A DNA stretch of 41,846 bases from Pirellulales bacterium (GTDB lineage Bacteria; Planctomycetota; Planctomycetia; Pirellulales; UBA1268), in assembly GCA_044355515.1 (NCBI GenBank), contig JBIKXY010000001.1, forward strand, positions 1 to 41,846, given 5' to 3'. The notes beneath the pieces were generated by a model that saw only the letters and a program-made list of their open reading frames with translations, was not told the origin of the DNA and searched no databases. The translations under genes and the position numbers were made by a program. Of this stretch, positions 36,230 to 41,846 are shown one piece after another. Position 1 is the first letter of the stretch, and every line of letters begins with the position of its first letter.

Positions 36230-37189
36230 ATGCGTAAAAGGTCCAAAGAATACTACCGCTATCTCGCTGTGAACCCGCGGGACCACGCCTGGGGGATCTG
36301 CGTGACGGGTGCGGGGTATCAGCCGGCAGCTCCGGGTTCTGAAGGCGTGCCGCGGCGGCGGCATCCTCCTGGGCACTTTTATGTCTGGGATGCGGGCCGC
36401 GTGCTCAATGAATTTGCGGTCGTCTATCTGACGCACGGCCGCGGCGAATTCGATTCGCAAGCCACGGGACAGACGTCGATCGAGGCCGGCGACGCCCTGA
36501 TCCTGTTTCCCGGCGTGTGGCACCGCTATCGTCCGCTCAAAGACACGGGCTGGGGCAGCTACTGGATCCACTTCGAGGGGGAGACGGCCGACCGGCTGCG
36601 CGTCTCCATCGCGATCCAGCCCCATCGGGCCGTCCTCCGGGTGGGGCTCGATGAAGCGATCGTGCAGGCCTTCAAAACCGTCCTCGATGCCCTGCAGGCC
36701 GAGTCGGCGGGCTTCACCCAGATCGCCGCGGCCCGCACGATGGAAATCCTGGCGCGGATCATCGGCACCGCGGGCGCCGAGCGGCATGTGCCGCGACTCC
36801 AAGCCATCGTAAGGCGGGCCCGCCTGATGCTCGAGGAGGGTCCGAGCCGCCTGCCGAATGTCGATGAGATGATCCGCTCGTTCGACGTCAGCCGCACCCA
36901 CTTCTTTCGCGTGTTCAAGGAGCAGACGGGCCAGAGCCCCTATAAGTATCACCTCCAACTCACCATCCGCCGGGCCGCCGAGATGCTCCGCGATTCGCCG
37001 ATGTCTGTGAAGCACGTCGCGCTGGCGCTCGGCTTCCGAAATCCATATCACTTCTCGAAGTTATTCAAGAGCAAGATGGGCTCGTCGCCCAGCGACTACC
37101 GCCGGCACTGGCGGTCGCTGTCGGCCGGCGAGACCGTTGCGGCTGCTGCACGCGTGTCGGTGAGAGGTCGGGAGGCCCCGCAAGGGTAG
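36230..37189 (+). CDS. AraC-family transcriptional regulator
   Basis: ATG 36230. An N-terminal cupin-like sensor (AGDALILFPGVWHRY) is followed by the C-terminal HTH pair ...DEMIRSFDVSRTHFFRVFKEQTGQSPYKYHLQLTIRRAAEML....VKHVALALGFRNPYHFSKLFKSKMGSSPSDYRR. Confidence 0.85.
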   Translation: MRKRSKEYYRYLAVNPRDHAWGICVTGAGYQPAAPGSEGVPRRRHPPGHFYVWDAGRVLNEFAVVYLTHGRGEFDSQATGQTSIEAGDALILFPGVWHRYRPLKDTGWGSYWIHFEGETADRLRVSIAIQPHRAVLRVGLDEAIVQAFKTVLDALQAESAGFTQIAAARTMEILARIIGTAGAERHVPRLQAIVRRARLMLEEGPSRLPNVDEMIRSFDVSRTHFFRVFKEQTGQSPYKYHLQLTIRRAAEMLRDSPMSVKHVALALGFRNPYHFSKLFKSKMGSSPSDYRRHWRSLSAGETVAAAARVSVRGREAPQG

Positions 37190-37242
37190 GGGCATCATTG
37201 GGCGATATACTTATCGTCGTCACGCTCGAGGACTTCCTCACA

Positions 37243-39645
37243 ATGCCAATCCTCAGCCTTCGGAACATGGTTGCGGTTGTTCTGCTGATCTGGGCCTCCG
37301 GTCTGGCCCTGGCCGCCGACTCGGCGCCATCCTTCACCCGTGACGTCAAAGGCATCCTGTCCAATCGCTGCGTGCGGTGCCACGGACCCGACCCCGAGGG
37401 AAGGGCGGGGGGAGGCGACGAAGGGCTGCGGCTCGACACGTTCGGCGGGGCCACGGCCGATCTCGGCGGCCATGCGGCGATCGTGCCCGGCAAGCCCGAC
37501 GACAGCGAGATCATCGCGCGGATCACATCCACCGATCCAGATCTCGTCATGCCGCCGCCCGAGGCGGGCCAGCCGCTCTCGGAAAAGCAGGTCGATCTCT
37601 TGAAGCGGTGGATCGCGTCCGGGGCCACCTATGAGCCGCACTGGGCGTATGTGCCCCCCAAGCGGCCAAGCCTGCCGGCAGTGAAAAAAACTTCTTGGCC
37701 CAAAAACGATATCGATCGTTTCATCCTCGCCCGGCTCGAGGCCGAAGGGCTCGCGCCGCAGCCGGAGGCCGACCGGGCCACGCTCGCCCGCCGGCTCGCG
37801 CTTGACCTCACTGGCCTGCCGCCCTCGCCCGATGAGATCGATGCGTTCGCGGCCGATGCGTTGCCTGACGCCGTGGAGAAGTTTGTCGATCGCCTGCTCA
37901 CTCATGATGGCTATGGCGAACACCAGGCGAGGCAATGGCTCGACCTCGCCCGCTACGCCGACAGCGCCGGCTATGCCGACGATCCGCACCGCACGATCTG
38001 GGGCTGGCGCGACTGGGTGGTGAACGCGTTCGACGCCAACATGCCGTTCGACGAATTCACGCTCAAGCAACTCGCTGGCGACCTGCTGCCTGGCGCCACG
38101 CTCGACGACAAGATCGCCACCGCCTTCCATCGCAACACGCTCACCAACAGCGAAGGCGGCACGATCGACGAGGAGTTTCGCACGGTCGCCGTGATCGACC
38201 GGGTGAACACGACCTTGAGCACGTGGATGGGCACGACGATGGCTTGTGCCCAGTGCCACGATCATAAATACGACCCGCTCTCGCAGAAGGAATATTTCCA
38301 GCTCTACGCGATCCTCAACAACACGGCCGACGCCGACAAGACCGACGAAACGCCGGTGGTGCGGATTCCGTGGGAGCCCGTGGACGCAGCGCGGGCGGCC
38401 ATTGAAAAAGAGATTGCGGAGGTGCTCGCCGGCATCCCCGAACTGGCCAAGCCCGCTCCGAAAGAGCGCTCCGAGCCGCCGGAGTTTCAGCCAGCCCGCA
38501 AGATTCTCGAGGATCTGCGCGGCAAACTGGCTGCCAAGCCTGCCGTCACGGTGCCCGTGCTGTTGGAGTTGCAGGGCGACAAGCGCCGGATCACGAAGAT
38601 CCAGCTGCGCGGCAACTGGCAAAACCTCGGCGACGAAGTGAGCGAGGGCGTGCCGGCCGTCTTCAATCGCCGGCCCGTGGCCGAAGGGCAGCGGATGGAT
38701 CGGATAGCGCTTGCCAAGTGGCTCGTCGACCCGGCCAACCCGCTCACCGCCCGCGTGATCGTGAACCGGATCTGGGAGCGGCTCTTCGGAATTGGCATCG
38801 TCTCCACGAGCGAGGAGTTTGGCAGCCAGGGCGAACTGCCGAGCCATCCGGAATTGCTCGACTGGCTCGCAACGGAACTCGTGGCCAGAAAGTGGGACAT
38901 GAAAGCCATCCAGCGGCTGATCGTGACGAGCGCCGCCTACCGGCAGACGTCGAAATGCCCGCCGGAACTCGTGGCTCGTGATCCCGGGAATCGGCTCATC
39001 GCCTGCGGGCCGCGGGTTCGGCTGTCGGCCGAGGTGATCCGCGACCAGGCGCTGGCCGCCGCGGGGCTGCTTTCGCGAAAGAAGGGCGGCCCGAGTGTGA
39101 AGCCGCCGCAGCCGAAACTCGGCTTGAGCGCGGCCTTCGGCAGGGGCATCGACTGGCAGACGAGCACGGGCGAAGACCGCTACCGCCGCGCGATCTACAC
39201 CACCTGGCGCCGCAGCAATCCCTATCCTTCGATGGCCACGTTCGACGCCCCCTCGCGGGAAGTCTGCACGATCCGCCGGCCGCGGACCAACACGCCGCTC
39301 CAGGCGCTCGTGACGATGAACGACCCGGCCTATGTCGAGGCCGCCCAGGCACTCGCCCGCCGGATGGTGCGTGAGGGTGGGGCGACCACGGCCGACCGCG
39401 CCGTGCGGGGCTTCCGCCTCGTGCTCGCCCGGCAGCCGGTGGCCGCCGAGGTCGACCGGCTCGTGAAGCTGCACGATGACGCCCGCGCCGAATACGCCGC
39501 CGCTCCAGGCGACGCCAAGAATATGGCCACCGATCCGCTCGGCCCGCCCTCCGCCGACTTGCCGGCCGACCTGGCCGACCTCGCCGCGTGGACCGTGGTG
39601 GCCAACGTGATCCTGAATCTCGACGAAGCCTTCATGTGTCCGTAA
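37243..39645 (+). CDS. PSCyt1 (planctomycete cytochrome c) / DUF1549 / DUF1553 (PSD1) protein
   Basis: ATG 37243 with a signal peptide. The haem motif is CVRCHGPD. DUF1549-like motifs are DIDRFILARLE, RRLALDLTGLPP and DRLL....YGE. DUF1553-like motifs are CAQCHDHKYDP, NRIWERLFG, GNPP.HPELLDWLA and STRQ-like ....RRS. Confidence 0.85.
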   Translation: MPILSLRNMVAVVLLIWASGLALAADSAPSFTRDVKGILSNRCVRCHGPDPEGRAGGGDEGLRLDTFGGATADLGGHAAIVPGKPDDSEIIARITSTDPDLVMPPPEAGQPLSEKQVDLLKRWIASGATYEPHWAYVPPKRPSLPAVKKTSWPKNDIDRFILARLEAEGLAPQPEADRATLARRLALDLTGLPPSPDEIDAFAADALPDAVEKFVDRLLTHDGYGEHQARQWLDLARYADSAGYADDPHRTIWGWRDWVVNAFDANMPFDEFTLKQLAGDLLPGATLDDKIATAFHRNTLTNSEGGTIDEEFRTVAVIDRVNTTLSTWMGTTMACAQCHDHKYDPLSQKEYFQLYAILNNTADADKTDETPVVRIPWEPVDAARAAIEKEIAEVLAGIPELAKPAPKERSEPPEFQPARKILEDLRGKLAAKPAVTVPVLLELQGDKRRITKIQLRGNWQNLGDEVSEGVPAVFNRRPVAEGQRMDRIALAKWLVDPANPLTARVIVNRIWERLFGIGIVSTSEEFGSQGELPSHPELLDWLATELVARKWDMKAIQRLIVTSAAYRQTSKCPPELVARDPGNRLIACGPRVRLSAEVIRDQALAAAGLLSRKKGGPSVKPPQPKLGLSAAFGRGIDWQTSTGEDRYRRAIYTTWRRSNPYPSMATFDAPSREVCTIRRPRTNTPLQALVTMNDPAYVEAAQALARRMVREGGATTADRAVRGFRLVLARQPVAAEVDRLVKLHDDARAEYAAAPGDAKNMATDPLGPPSADLPADLADLAAWTVVANVILNLDEAFMCP

Positions 39646-39656
39646 GGAGGTCCGCG

Positions 39657-41111
<1,455 letters not shown>

Positions 41112-41418
41112 CGGCCATCTGAAGACTGCCAGCCTGACTCGGCAGGTCTGCACACGGTCGTTGGGCGTGGGACTCCCGCGCGGCGTATTCGTCGAGCAGC
41201 GACTCGATCCGGCCGAAGACGTCGGTCATCTGCTCGGCGTCGGGCAGGAGCGTGACGCGAAAGTGATCGCGGTAGGGCACGTTGAAACTCGAGCCCGGCG
41301 CCACGAGCACGTGCTTCCGCTCCAGGAGATCGAGCGCGAATGCCTGGTCGTCGAAACGGTCCACGCCGCCGGGCAGCCGGTCGGCATGCACCTTCACGAA
41401 GGAGGGATAGTCTGGCCA

Positions 41419-41846
41419 ATGGCACTTCCGCAACCATTTTCGGGTTGATGAGCGGCTCGTAGAGCGGCTCGGGAGCTGCGTGCCCCGTCTTCTGGTCCGC
41501 AACAGGCGTCAGCCGGAACGCCCGGGCCGACCCAGGTGGCGGCTTTGTGTCTGGGCAGCACGTAGCGGACGCGGGTGATGCGGCCGTCTGGGCCGCGGAT
41601 CACGGACAGCCGTTCGAGGGCAAAGGGGGGCCGAGCAAAGGATCGGAGAAGATGCTCGAGACGCTGACAAGAGACACGCAGGTGGAGCCGAAAGAGCGTG
41701 ATCCGGACACTGGCGTCGATTGAAACCCTGCTGTTCTCCCAGGCGAGCATGTCGGCGGCGGCCGCGGCGTCGAGCAGGCGAGAAAGTCTGAACCAGCGGA
41801 TCACGCGGCGGCGGACCCGCTCGGCGAGCGCGGCCGGATCAGCCTG
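41419..41846 (-). mobile_element. IS91-family element remnant B: central transposase segment joined to the 3' terminal region; continues beyond the window
   Basis: The minus strand reads ...AERVRRRVIRWFRLSRLLDAAAAADMLAWENSRVSIDASVRI....RLEHLLRSFARPPFALERLSVIRGPDGRITRVRYVLPRHKAATWVGPG, an IS91 Y2-transposase core. It then runs directly into the ~100-bp terminal segment shared with 32700-32800, so the C-terminal zinc-ribbon part seen in remnant A is missing. Confidence 0.65.

Overview
Very GC-rich chromosomal segment, probably from a Planctomycetota genome. The family mix points there: PSCyt/DUF1549/DUF1553 next to DUF1501, a DUF1559 prepilin-like protein, PEP-CTERM, TAT-signal Gfo/Idh/MocA, and a long NagB. 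About 35 genes are supportable; most other long ORFs in the track are high-GC shadow frames. Content in order:
- 1-3.7 kb: NagB/PIG-L 3' end, a Grx-DsbD-like membrane protein, and an arsR-rhodanese operon.
- 3.7-7.4 kb: MgtE-like channel, divergent from a DUF1538 x2 / PII-like / CBS cluster.
- 7.4-10 kb: secreted DNase I-like nuclease, HEAT protein and psuG.
- 10.2-11.4 kb: type II sulfide:quinone oxidoreductase.
- 11.8-15.8 kb: OprO/P porin, di-haem peroxidase, yjbQ and hemP.
- 16.1-19.5 kb: PEP-CTERM protein, DUF1559 protein and a DUF4198-Kelch fusion.
- 19.9-24 kb: operon of persulfide dioxygenase-rhodanese, TauE, a secreted DsrE-like protein and a beta-barrel.
- 24.3-28.1 kb: GT4 fusion plus GH130-like protein.
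- 28.3-32.7 kb: four-gene group-3b-type [NiFe] hydrogenase.
- 32.7-41.8 kb: a block bracketed by two IS91-family remnants, with a truncated gene at each edge.
Main observations:
- One 29-nt promoter/operator occurs three times and links the ArsR-family repressor to the sulfide-oxidation genes.
- A ~130-bp hairpin-ended MITE/REP-like repeat occurs seven times, always between genes, with compensatory stem changes.
- The DUF1538/PII/CBS transporter-like cluster is uncharacterised.
- The PEP-CTERM/DUF1559 junction has a frame anomaly.
- IS91-associated decay has left a nagB pseudogene, an aminotransferase fragment, and a hydrogenase operon with no maturation genes.
No rRNA, tRNA or CRISPR array was recognised by eye. 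All family calls come from motif recognition, not database searches.
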